Positions 11,102 to 22,396 of a stretch of DNA of 64,000 nt are shown piece by piece. Source of the DNA: Saprolegnia diclina VS20. Taxonomy: Eukaryota. Where the stretch lies: the NCBI RefSeq assembly GCF_000281045.1, contig NW_008246136.1:133448-197447 (forward strand). The letters run 5' to 3'. The notes beneath the pieces are model-generated. The model had not been told where the DNA came from. It did not search any database and saw nothing but the letters and a program-made list of their open reading frames with translations. The translations under genes and the position numbers were made by a program. How positions within the stretch are numbered: the first letter of the stretch is position 1; each line of letters starts with the position of its first letter.

Positions 11102-12166
11102 ATGGGCCTCCGTGACCAGCTCTACATTCTCGTTCTAGCGCTTCTCCTCTGGAGTGGGCCCGCGCACGGCCACAGTCACGGCGGTGGTGGCGACGAGCAC
11201 GGTGTGTGCGGCGAAGTCGAAGGCGACCCGGACACGTACGACACCAACTTGCACATCGCGGCGGCGTTCATCGTCTTTGCCGCGTCCATCATGGGCAGTA
11301 TGCTCCCGGTCATGAGCGCGTACGTCCCGTGGCTGCACAGCAGCACCACAGGCATGGAGATGCTGAGCTCGTTTGGCTTTGGTGTCGTCATCTCGACAGC
11401 TTTTGTGCACATGATTCCACCCGCCATTGCCACGCTCAACAACCATTGTCTCGGTCTCGACTACTCGGGCATTGCCATGGTCATCGTGCTGGCGACCATC
11501 TACCTCATGCAGCTGCTTGAAACGGAGCTCGTCATCGCCCTCACCAAGTACACGTCTGGCAAGTCCAACGATACCAACCAGCGCGTGCTCGAGTCTGGAA
11601 TCCTCTCGACGCCGCCGCGGTCCCCCCACGTCGGCCATTCCCACGGCGTCATCGCGTCGGGGCCGAGTGACGAAGAGACGGCGATGCGCCAGAAAATCTC
11701 AGTGCTTATTTTCGAGGCCGGCGTCGCTGTCCACTCGATCATCATTGGCGTCGAGCTGGGCGTGAGTTCGGGCGACGAGTTTACGACGATTTTGATTGCG
11801 ATTTGCTTTCACCAGTTTTTCGAAGGCGTCGCCGTCGGTAGCTCGGCCGTCTCGGCCTTCTCGGAGATGAAGACGCTCGTCCTCTCTGCGTTTGGGTACT
11901 CGCTCACGACGCCCGTCGGTGTCGTCATTGGCATCCTCATCTCGAGCACGTACAGCGATACGTCGACGACCGCGCTCTGGGTCAAGGGCACGTTTGATGC
12001 GATCGCCGGTGGTATCCTTGTCTACACGGGCATCGTCGAGCTCGTGACGTACCACTACACGACCAACCCCGAGTTCCACAAGAAGAACTTCACGGGCCGC
12101 GGCCTCAACTACATGTGTCTCTACCTCGGGTCGGCCGCCATGGCCATTGTCGGCAAGTGGGCATAA
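11102..12166 (+). CDS. ZIP-family (ZRT/IRT-like) zinc/iron transporter, intronless, 354 aa
   Basis: Signal peptide, His-rich HGHSH motifs, FEAGVAVHSIIIG and CFHQFFEG signature helices, ends in GKWA. Confidence 0.95.
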   Translation: MGLRDQLYILVLALLLWSGPAHGHSHGGGGDEHGVCGEVEGDPDTYDTNLHIAAAFIVFAASIMGSMLPVMSAYVPWLHSSTTGMEMLSSFGFGVVISTAFVHMIPPAIATLNNHCLGLDYSGIAMVIVLATIYLMQLLETELVIALTKYTSGKSNDTNQRVLESGILSTPPRSPHVGHSHGVIASGPSDEETAMRQKISVLIFEAGVAVHSIIIGVELGVSSGDEFTTILIAICFHQFFEGVAVGSSAVSAFSEMKTLVLSAFGYSLTTPVGVVIGILISSTYSDTSTTALWVKGTFDAIAGGILVYTGIVELVTYHYTTNPEFHKKNFTGRGLNYMCLYLGSAAMAIVGKWA

Positions 12167-12451
12167 AATCTGCGGCTATCTAACTCCATTAAATGTTCAA
12201 AATGTCTGATTTCCAACGGAGTCCTCGGATACCGCTCTCCGATAGTATACGATCCATGCACTCGTGGAATCGCGATGCCATTGCTGGTCTCCACCCAAGA
12301 GACTTGATATCTCCACCCAGATCTCCAGCAGCTCAAGTCATTCGTCAAGCACCAGTGATCGAGAGACTCAAATGGAGCGAAATGTATTGCCAGGCCCGAC
12401 CTTCCACACCAGACCGCGAGTTAGTTGCTCATCTGAAATTGTGGGCGCGAA

Positions 12452-14109
12452 TTAGCCAGTTCGAATCCGAACGCTGCTGCCGACGACGGTTGTAGCGTAC
12501 GACCCAAACGAAGACATGGACTCGAGCGCGGTTCGCGCCGTGTCGAGGCCAAAGATACCCACAGACTGTCGGTCGAATGCATCGCTGCCCGACGCAGTCG
12601 AGTCGGTGGACCCAGATCGCACGCGGCGTGGTTCTTGTGCGAGTTTGGGCAGTGCCCGACTGGAGAGAAGAACGATCTTGTCTTCGTTGTCGTTGACAGT
12701 GTCGTGGGGCGGGCTGGGTACGACACACCCGCCGCGGACCGTGTAGATGGCGGACCGCGCCATGTCTACAGTTTGCTTGACGATATCCGGTCGTAATTCT
12801 ACGCCACAGTACCGTCGCTGAGAGACGTTCGACGGGCGACCGCGTCCGTCGGTGGACAGTAGCAGTTGGTGCAGACGCGGACCTTCTTGGTGACGAGCGT
12901 CGACGTCGCGACATGGACGTGGGCACACTTTGTGCAGGCAATCTATTGGAGTGGTTTGGGAGTAGTTCGGGTCATGTTCCTACTTGGTGGCAAAAGTAGC
13001 ACTGGAGCTTTTGCGAGAGGAGTTTAAACGCGCCAAAGCACACGTCGCAGTACGACGCATTGGCTCGATACGGCGCGGGCGACGACAACCGGCGCTGCCG
13101 GACGAGGCGCGACTGCACGTCATCGGCACAAAAGTAATCTTCGAGGTTGAGCATCTGGGCAAGTATGGATTAACGCATTGCGTAAAACGCCAGTCAAGGT
13201 CGAATACCCAGTACCTCGCCCACGATCCGCTCCATGACCTTACGCCCAAGNNNNNNNNNNNNNNNNNNNNNNNNNNNNNNNNNNNNNNNNNNNNNNNNNN
13301 NNNNNNNNNNNNNNNNNNNNNNNNNNNNNNNNNNNNNNNNNNNNNNNNNNNNNNNNNNNNNNNNNNNNNNNNNNNNNNNNNNNNNNNNNNNNNNNNNNNN
13401 NNNNNNNNNNNNNNNNNNNNNNNNNNNNNNNNNNNNNNNNNNNNNNNNNNNNNNNNNNNNNNNNNNNATCGAGTGGATAATGCGCACAAACCCGTTCCGG
13501 ACCTGCCCGCTCTCGTCCACGACGGCCACGTCGCGAAGACACTAAAGTGTCAAGCTAGGGTTGGCAAGGACATGTGACGACTAACGTGTACCTCCAAGTA
13601 GCACGTGTCGCGCTTCGCAAGGACGCCCTTACCCAAGAGAGTGCTCTGCATCGCGGCCCAAAGAATGCTCGTGACGCGGAAGCTCGTCGACCGCGACTGC
13701 TCGAGCGAGTAGAGCACCACGCGATCCAAGAGCGTTTGACTGGCGACTGTACCAAACGTCCGGAGCTGCTTGGGCGTCGCCACGTCATAGAACGTGTGGA
13801 GCTGGTCATAGGACGTGGCGATCTGTGAAACGCCCGTGACTGCGTCGATCTCGGAGCGGTAGAGGTCGGTGCCCCAGTGCAACTACAGAACTGAACGTTG
13901 ACGAAAGCATACGGCCGTCGAGAACGAACATGAGCTACGCGCTTGGTGCGGGGATGGGCCATCACTTTGGTCGTTGGCAGCTTTGCCGTGGCGAGCGCCG
14001 TTGCGATTGCGTCTGTGCAGACCTGATCGGCCAGCAACCGCAGTTGCGTCGCCTCGAGCGAGGACAAGGGCGGACACTCGAAAAAGCCCGGTGGCAGCGG
14101 CAAACTCAT
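12452..14109 (-). CDS. Oomycete START-like + FYVE-type zinc finger protein (spans an assembly gap)
   Basis: N-terminus MSLPLPPGFFECPPLS typical of this oomycete family; RDTCYLE motif; CDVCFGAFKLLSQKLQCYFCHQ|IACTKC..VRVCTNC FYVE-like finger. Confidence 0.8.
13251..13467. other. Assembly gap (N run)
   Basis: Run of N. Confidence 1.
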
Positions 14110-14974
14110 GCAGGTAGAACGTCGCAAAATACACACTGGCACAACCCCAGACAGTGCGAGCGGCTACTCCTACAACCGGAGCAAAGTTGTGTTGTGGCTG
14201 GATGAGTTGTTCGTGGTCGTCCTACTCTCACCAAAGGAATGGCAGTGATGGATAGTGTGAGGTTCAAAGACCTTGGCGACATGGCCTTGCCAAGTGAATC
14301 GAGATGGATAGTCGCACCGGCCTTGCCAAAGAAGCACTTGGATACATAGATACATTATTGGTCTAGAGTCTGCCGTCCACTCGAGGGGGCGCGCCGAAAG
14401 CCTTGGCTGGGCACACCCAACTCGAGCCGGCTCAACGTGCTTTCAACGACAAAGTGGGAAGAGAGCTGTGATGCACGGACCTGTAGCGTCAACCCTTGCA
14501 CTTTGCTGCTCGAGTGTCGTAGCACTAGAAGAATTTTGCGTATTTTGCGCTGTATCCCTGGCTGATGATGCTTCATCTCGCGCACAACCCGCGCAATGAC
14601 GCTGATGAGGGGCGCTTGTTCATGAGAATGTCTAAATCCACGCAACTACATGTTGCCTGTGACTTCAACATCGTACAGCATTTGCATTTTCTCCATGTTT
14701 TTTGGGTGTACACCTAGTCCCTCGAGCCTATGATAACGCTAATGCCTAGTATACACGCATACATGGAGACTATCATTTTTCTAACGTTATTGCCGTCCAT
14801 GGGGCTGCGGTTGGGCACCGTCACCAAAACGTTCTATCCCCTGGTGTCAGATTCTAGACCTTGTTCATCGCACGATTAACGTTTTGTGTACAAAGTGCAA
14901 TCTCGGTTGGGATTCGTATCGGCGGTGGACGGACGACCATCATGGTGCTCAGCTCGGTCTTCGTGACGGACGGA

Positions 14975-15039
14975 AAAGTGCAATCTCAAAGTGCAATCTC
15001 AAAGTGCAATCTCAAAGTGCAATCTCAAAGTGCAATCTC
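14975..15039. repeat. 13-bp tandem repeat AAAGTGCAATCTC x5 (plus a solo copy at 14892-14904)
   Basis: Read directly. Confidence 0.95.
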
Positions 15040-16450
15040 AAGATGTTGGCCATTTTGCCATGATGGACTGCATTCGATCGGTCGTCGTTTCAAGAAGCAA
15101 CATTGGCCAGTTGGTGCATATGATCGGCACCTCAAGAGTGGCAGGACGACGGCATTACGCACGACCGTTCTTTTCGGGACTCTTTGGTGCAGCTTGCTGT
15201 CCAGCGCAGCGCCGCTGACGTGGTGCGCATCACCTGCACAAGGCCCGTGTGCCTCAACGATCCATTCTCAGCGCACCTGGCTTGCACCCGTCTCCACCCC
15301 ACGTCTTTGTTGTCCGACTTTGCATTACGGTAGGATGTACAGTGTACAGTTGGATGGCCTCGGGCGCAACCTTCAGTGCATCGGTGCTGCTCGTGAATGC
15401 ACTTGAAGTGCCGCCAACACGCGCGAATCAGCGTGGAATGGTTTTCTTCGTATGGGTATTGCTGATCCGCCATTTCCAAATGCACATATCGCCCACCAAG
15501 CTCGGACAGAGAACCTTCGTTTGCTCCAGGTGGGGTATCTGATCCCAATAGCACGATCGGCTCTGTCGTGACGCCACGTCGGCGGCAGCTGCGATTGGCA
15601 CAGGTTGGCAGCGTATAAATAGCGAGAGCGAGCCAGGAGGCGCACTGGCCTTCAGCAGCATTCGAGGCCGGCGTCCCTTGGGCTGGCGTCGGCGTCGTCC
15701 CCCCGATCGACCTCACTTCGAACTTCGAGTTGAATCGCGCCACGGAGTGCCACCCGACATATTAATATTCCAAAAATAAAATAAATGAATAAAAGGCGCA
15801 CGAATCACGCGTGGACGCTGGCGGAGATCGCAATCCGCGGTCGAATGGGAACAGGTGCGTGTATATATACCTAGCTTCACGCGCATGGACTTCAAGAACC
15901 CTTTTCTATTGGCCTCCATGCTTTTTGCAGCGTACGTGTAGTGCATTCAACACGCCACAAAAAGCCCCGTCTGACACATGCGGTTGATGGCCCGGGTTTG
16001 CTCCGTTGGCACATCATTGAACGAGTAGCGCAATCCATGGAACGACCCTTCTCTTAGTACCTCGCGTTCGAATTCTTGCTACATCAAGTAGCCGACAATG
16101 ATAGTGGTCGTCTCCATTGCTGAAGGGGTCGTGGCCCATTGATAGCTCCCGTTGATGACACTGCGGCTCCGTCGTGTTACGAGCGCCACGGTGACCACGA
16201 GGGCTGCAGTTGCAACAGTTCGAGCGCCTTCAGAGAGCCATAAATGTATAGAGAAGAGAGGATGCCGGGCAGCTCCTGACCTCTTGGTCGTTGGTGTTGT
16301 CGACGCGACGCGCGTTTTGGCACCAAAAGCGGATCCAAAATGCAAAAAAATACGAATAAAAATGCGCACGCGTTTCATTGGCCGTGGGTTTATAAAATCG
16401 AAGTTTTGCTGGTCAAGTTGGGATTTCTCCTTCAGTTTGCAATCCGTGCT

Positions 16451-18427
16451 ATGGCCGACGCCATTCTGAGCCCGCGCGGGAAGCGCCCCGTCGTGGCGCC
16501 TGCCAAGCGCCAGGAAGACGTCGCCAAGGAGCTCGTCGAGCAAGTACGTCCGAGCGCGCCTCCTCTTGGCATGCTAAGCCTGGCGTTTAGGAAATCGAGC
16601 TGCTCGGCTGTGGCCGCTTCCACGTCCGCATGGCCTGGTACGTACGCGCGACCTCGATGGTAGCATGCCCACACCGCGTGTAGCATTCTTGGGCTTGGCA
16701 ACGCCGCCGACGCCGTCGAGATCCTCTCGATGGGCTACATCCTCGGGTCGTACCCGGAGCCCATGACCGGCTGGGAGTCGAGCCTCGTCTCGTCGTCTGT
16801 CTTTGTCGTACGTACTCTTGCCCCCTCGCTATGACAAAATTCTGACTATGGCACAGGGCATGCTCATTGGCGGTGTCGTCGGCACGGTCTTGGGCGACCA
16901 GTACGGCCGTCGCGTGCTCATGCTGGCATCGCTCGCGCTCAATGGCTGCTCGGGCCTCTGCGCCGCGTTCAGCCCGGATTTGAGCTACATGGTCTTCTTC
17001 CGCCTTCTCGCTGGCGTTGGTGCGTCTGCTTGTCGTCTTATCTTGTTCGTCCTAATGACCAAGTAGGCATCGGAGGTATTGCGCCGATGCTGTTTGCGGT
17101 TTGCCTCGAGCACGTGCCGCAGTCGGCGCGGGGCAAGTACATTACCATTATCTCGGCGTTCTGGATGGTGGTACGGACTCTGCCATTTGAAACGTAGGCT
17201 TTCTGACTCACAATATCCTTAGGGCTCGATCTTTACGGCGTGCTTGGCGTGGACGATGATGGGGTGCTATTGGGGCACGGATGAGCGCATCATGGACGTG
17301 TCGTGGCGCACGTTTAGCGCGACGGCGAGCATCCCGGCCTTCATTGCGTGCGGGCTGACGTATGCCTACGTGCCCGAGAGCCCGCGGTACCTCGTCGCCA
17401 AGGGCTACCTCAAGGAGGCGTCCGAGACGCTCGCCTACATCTACGCTGTCAACGGCTCGTCGCGCATGCCGGCCTTCCTGTATGCTCTATGTGCTCAACC
17501 ACGTGGCCTTATCGCGTGTTATTAGGGGCCCGGACGACGACCGGCTTAGTGTCGACCAAGTCTCGGCGTCGCACCAGCTGCAGACGCGCCGGGACTCGCT
17601 CACGTGGTACGACCGGTGGAGTCTGCTCTTGACGACGCCGGCGCCGTCGTCGAGCTTTGATTTGCGCTTTACGACCTTGTTGCTGCTCGTGTCGACCTTT
17701 TGTCTCAGCTTTGGTAGACAATATTTGTGTTGACAGCCGCCAACCCAATGACTAGGCTCGTACGGGATCTCGACCTGGATCACGCGCGTGTTTCAGTCCA
17801 CGAACGTGCACAACCCGTACGCCAACGACATTTTGTACGCGTCGGCCGCGCTGCCCGGCAACCTGATTGGGTACAACCTTGATACAATCTTGATACACAC
17901 TTGATACGCAAAGAGGCTCATCGAACGAATAGGCTGTTCCTTGTCGACACGTGGGGCCGCCGGCCGCTCTTTGCAGCGTCGCTCTTCCTCTCGGCGACCT
18001 GCGGCTTTGTGTTTTCGCTCAACAGCTCGGCCCACGAAGGCTTCATCGTGGCCATCTGCTGCCTCTTCCAAGCCGGCACGACCATGGCGTGGATCGGCGT
18101 ACGTCCTCGTCCTCGCGAAACGTCAGGATGACTGATGCGCACGATGTGTAGTACGATGTCATGTCGGCCGAAGTGTACCCGCTCAACATGCGCGTCTCGG
18201 CGCTGTGCTTCTTGAGCTCGACCGGTCGCCTCGGTGCGACCTTTGCGCAGCTCGTGAACGGTCTGCTCATGGGCCCGCCGGCGCACATTGAAGCGCTGCT
18301 GCTCGTGACGACGACGGTCATGGCTATCGGTGGCGTCGCAGTCCTCTTCCTCCCGGAAACCGAGGACTTTGACGAGCCCAACGATTTGCCGCAGCGGCAT
18401 GCCGAGACGCACCCGCTCTTGGCGTAG
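16451..18427 (+). CDS. MFS transporter, SV2/SVOP-like (sugar-porter superfamily), multi-exon
   Basis: GLGNAADAVEI, LGDQYGRR (motif A), PESPRYL, VDTWGRR, AEVYPLNMR, LPET. Confidence 0.92.
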
Positions 18428-18489
18428 TCGTCCCATACTGTAGGAATATATGAAAACGGAACCAGCTACGTGTTGCCGTGCGTTGGATA

Positions 18490-19095
18490 TCAGTCGAGGA
18501 CGACGGTCGTCTCGTCCGCGAGCTCGGGCATCGCGATGAACTCCGAGTCGGTCTCGTCGTCGTCCACAATGTACCTAGGATGATGTCGGACAGGCGCATG
18601 AGGGCGTCGCCGGCAGCATGCGCGAGAGACACAGATCGAGACCCTAGCTTCCACGGCAAGACCTCGAGGAGCTGTCCGTGCTGGAGTCGGTACGGGATTG
18701 CGTGCTCTAGCTCGGCGACGGGTTGCATGAGATGCCAGCGACACGTCGAATCGGTCTTCGGCCTGTCCACGCACCGAGGCGAATGCCATTGAGACGCGTG
18801 CCATTGTAGCTCAGGTCTGTCACAAGGCGTGTCATGTGGCCAGCGCGCTCCAGCGCGCAGTGGGCGCGGCTGATGTACGAGAGGTCGATGCTTGGGTGGG
18901 GCGCGATGCCGGCGAGCGCGTTGAGGAACATCTCGCGCCCGAGGACGACGCTAGCTCGCAGCGTGGCATCGGCGGCGCAGCATGGAGGACGTACCGGTCG
19001 TAGTCGTCGAGGTTGATCTCATGGAGGCCCGCGGCTTGGAGCGCAGCGAGGATCGCCGGCGTCGTCGCAGTCGTCTCGTTCAAGCACAAGCGCAT
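18490..19095 (-). CDS. Small FHA-domain protein, multi-exon
   Basis: After splicing it reads VVLGRE..YISRAHCAL..TDLSYNGTRLNGIRLEHAIPYRLQHGQLLEV, giving the FHA GR, SxxH and NGT motifs; acidic tail. Confidence 0.8.
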
Positions 19096-20231
19096 CGCGA
19101 TCGTTGAAGAAAAAAGAATGATCGGTCGTCGTTCTTTTAAATACGTTAAACCTATAAAAGACAGGCAGGTGTGATATACTATACCGATATTCATCGACGT
19201 AATAAATGGTGGTTCGTCGATGATACATCGTGTTTCGTCATTTATTAGCTCTGTACGAATAAATGGTCGAGTGAACACTATTTATGTGCTTCATCGACGG
19301 AACGGACACTATAACCAGGACACGCATCAATGTGAGCACGATTTAGAGTGGCTGGTACAGCGTAGTGCATGCCTCTGGTGGCACTCACCATCGCGATTTC
19401 TGCTCTACAGCTAATAAGGCTGCCTACCTGGGCCAGCGTAGCAGGTATGGATCATGTGAATCAGCCCAGTGAATGTGTGCTCGGGCACATTCGTTGCTTC
19501 CTTCGCCCATGGCCCGCCCATTGCCCGGGAGGGCATCCTCGGAGATAAACTGTCAGATATTATATTTTGATGTCACTAGAAGTAGTCCCTCTGACATTTG
19601 CAATGGAGCGCGATAAATCCAGGTTGCTTGACCGCTTGAAAGATTGAAACATGAGGGATTCTCCACGAATCGGGCGGGATCCTTGGATCCGAATGCCGGA
19701 TCGCCATGCAAGCAAAAGCGCACTACAATCGAATCCCCTGTTGAGGTCCCCACAAATCCAAGAACAGATAGCAATTGCAGCACGGGCTTCGCTGTCCCCG
19801 ACGCCTCAGAGTGTGCATGCAGAGCCCACACCTGGACGGTAGCTGCGGGTGGCGGGGCATGGTATCGCGCTCCATGGCCTCCGTGTGACAGCAGTCGTAG
19901 AGGAGCTAGTAGAGGTGCTACGGTCACCGAATGGAGCCCGCGGCTGTTGCGCTACCTCAACACCATGGTACAGACTGTATTTGAAAGCGTATAGTGGGCT
20001 GCTGAGAGAGCACCACGTGACAGCGTGGTGAGACCATGCGATGTTTTGGAATATACTGCAGAGAAACATATCCGGATATGCAATTGGTGGCTCACAGAAT
20101 AGCGCCTCTGCCGCCACATCAAATGCCATTTTCGAATTTGCGCTGCACAGACAAGATGAATTTAGGACCCCGTGCATCTCGACCCTCACCAGCGCCGCTC
20201 CATGGCGCTGATGCTGTGTGAGCGTGCCTGC

Positions 20232-20411
20232 CCTCGACCCACTTCGCCTCGACCTCGACCCCACTTGCCTCGACCTCGACCCCACTTGCCTCGACCTCGA
20301 CCTTGACCTCGACCTTTACCTCGACCTTGACCTCGGCTCGACCTCGACCTTGACCTCGACTTCGACCTCGACCTCGACCCCACCTCGACCTAGACCTCGG
20401 CTCGACCACGA
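20232..20411. repeat. Degenerate hexamer microsatellite (CTCGAC)n with 21-bp higher-order units
   Basis: cctcgacctcgaccccacttg repeated, followed by ctcgac/cttgac runs. Confidence 0.9.
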
Positions 20412-21925
20412 CCTTAGCAATTGCTCAATCCCGCCTTGTGTCCACCCCGCTCCTTCACCTTGGTCAAACTCGTAGCCATTGATATTGAATATGTGCATCG
20501 AGAGTTTCGCTCCGAGAGAAAACAAAAGCAAAAGCTTGGGACAGGACTTGTGGCGGAAAGAGCGTGCGTGAGTACTTCAAAGAGGAGGCCGAAACAACAC
20601 CTGTACCTAAAGAATAAAAGCAACGTTCGCTGTCCGATCCGGTTTGGTGAAAGTGCATGCTTGGATCTCAACAAGTGGCTCTTACGAAGAAGTTCAGATG
20701 AGTGGAGTAGAGAGGCGAAGCCCGTGTTGGAGAGGGTTGGAGTGTACTTGCATCTGTGCCAACCAACTCTGAACTGTCGTGGCCAGAACAGACTTGGTGC
20801 ACACACAAACTGTAAGTTCCGTGTCTACGAGCTATTCTCCTTTGCAATGCTCCCTTATACCCAGGCCCAGCTCTATGCCTGCAACCAACAAATGCCTCAA
20901 GACGAAGCACGCCAGTAGGAAGACGCGAAACGTCGATAACGCTTAATGGGACTTCTTCAAGCAGCACGAGTTAGAGGAGGGAGCAATCGACCGTATATAC
21001 GACAGCTACTCCTAAGAAGCTAGTGCATCAACGACTGATTGAGCGATAGACCCTCCAAACAACGCCCCGTGGGCTTGTTGATACTAAACTGTAAAATACA
21101 GCTACATTGGGAGTTTCAAAGCATCGACTTGGCTCGTAGGAGCAACTCAGGTCTGTAACCTCTAAGGAGTTTCGAGAGGGCGCCCTGCCTGTTAAGTCTC
21201 GGGCAGCAACGCCACTCCCAAGGCAGGAGAGGTAGTCCACCTGCTTGACCCTCTTTGTTGGCAACTCGTGCGAGTCTCGTAAGAAGTACATCATGGCGCG
21301 GTCATTTGATCTACGTCCAATATAAAGTACAGAATGCTTGCGCTTCTTCGTTTACGTTGACTGTAGCACGAGTGACTCTCTCTTGGCGGGAAGCCGCGAT
21401 CGACCGGTACGACGATCTCCCATGTCGAATGAGATTGCAGCTTGCCCAAGCACAACGAGATGTACTCGGACGCCTCGAGCGACGATGCAGAGACCACACC
21501 CTTGGATCCCATCGATCTTGAGCTCATGCGGTACAAGGCATCTCGACGGCAACCGAAGACTTCTACGGCTTTGCTTGGTGGAAGGCCCGCAACGATCTCG
21601 AATTGCTGAAAGGGGTCGCGCGCAGTGTGTTGCACGATTTTAATGTCCAGCGCCAGGTCCGAGTAGATTCCTTCCGATGGCGGCAACACGGTGACCAAGG
21701 AGCGCAACCGTCTCGGCTCGAGCATGGTTGACGACCTTTCGTTCTTCCGCTCGCTCAAAAAGTAGATAATTTGCATTAAGACAAAATTGCGACTCCCGGG
21801 TTCGATCCCTGTACCTCTATAGTGAGAAGTGCACGATGTACCACTTGAGCTACGTGACAGCTTGTGAGTGGGACTGTGACTATGAGGATTATACAATTTT
21901 ACTCGCAAGCTTACTTACTCGAATA

Positions 21926-22200
21926 TGGCGCATGCGTTAAAAAGCGAGCTCAGAATCATCGCATGCGTCAAAATAGAGTGCTCAAGTCCATCGCATGCGT
22001 AAAAAATAAGCACCAAATCCATCGCATGCGTCAAAATTGAAGACCCAAATCCATCGCATGCGTCACAATAGGAAACCCAAATTGATCGGATGCGTCAAAA
22101 TAGAAGACCCAAATCCATCGCATGCGTCGAAAAAGAGTGCTCAAAATCATCGGATGCGTCATAGTAGGAAAACCAAACTTATCGCATCCGTCATAATAGG
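21926..22200. repeat. ~32-bp-period tandem array, 9 units, core ATCGCATGCGTC
   Basis: Cores at ~21926, 21958, 21990, 22021, 22053, 22085, 22117, 22149 and 22181. Confidence 0.92.
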
Positions 22201-22321
22201 TACATCGTGGAGCTTGCCCTTGCCACGTTTTGAAGGTGGTGTCGAATCGGTGACAGGCGGCTTGAGCGACGATCGTTTGCGCTGGCAGGCTCGCAAGTCA
22301 CTTCCTCGTTGCTGCACTAAC

Positions 22322-22396
22322 TGCCGTCGCCGTCGCCGTCGCTCTTGTTGTCGCTCTTGTTGTCGCTCTTGTTGTCGCTCTCGTCGTCGCTGCTGC
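22322..22396. repeat. Short tandem repeats (GTCGCC / GTCGCTCTTGTT); minus strand encodes an acidic SDDESDNKSDNKSDNKSDGDGDG stretch
   Basis: Read directly. Confidence 0.8.

Noticed and set aside
15132..15743. 203-aa minus ORF as a possible Crinkler or TE fragment
   Set aside because: No LxLFLAK, HVLV, P-loop or transposase motif could be confirmed, and it has a non-ATG start.
20119..20409. VEVEVK / RSRS repeat ORFs
   Set aside because: Translations of the CTCGAC microsatellite with no gene structure.
21780..21830. Complete tRNA gene
   Set aside because: Only a T-arm/B-box is present; no D-arm or acceptor stem pairing was found.
21926..22200. CRISPR array
   Set aside because: The conserved part is only ~12 bp, the spacers are related to each other rather than unique, the context is eukaryotic and there are no cas genes.
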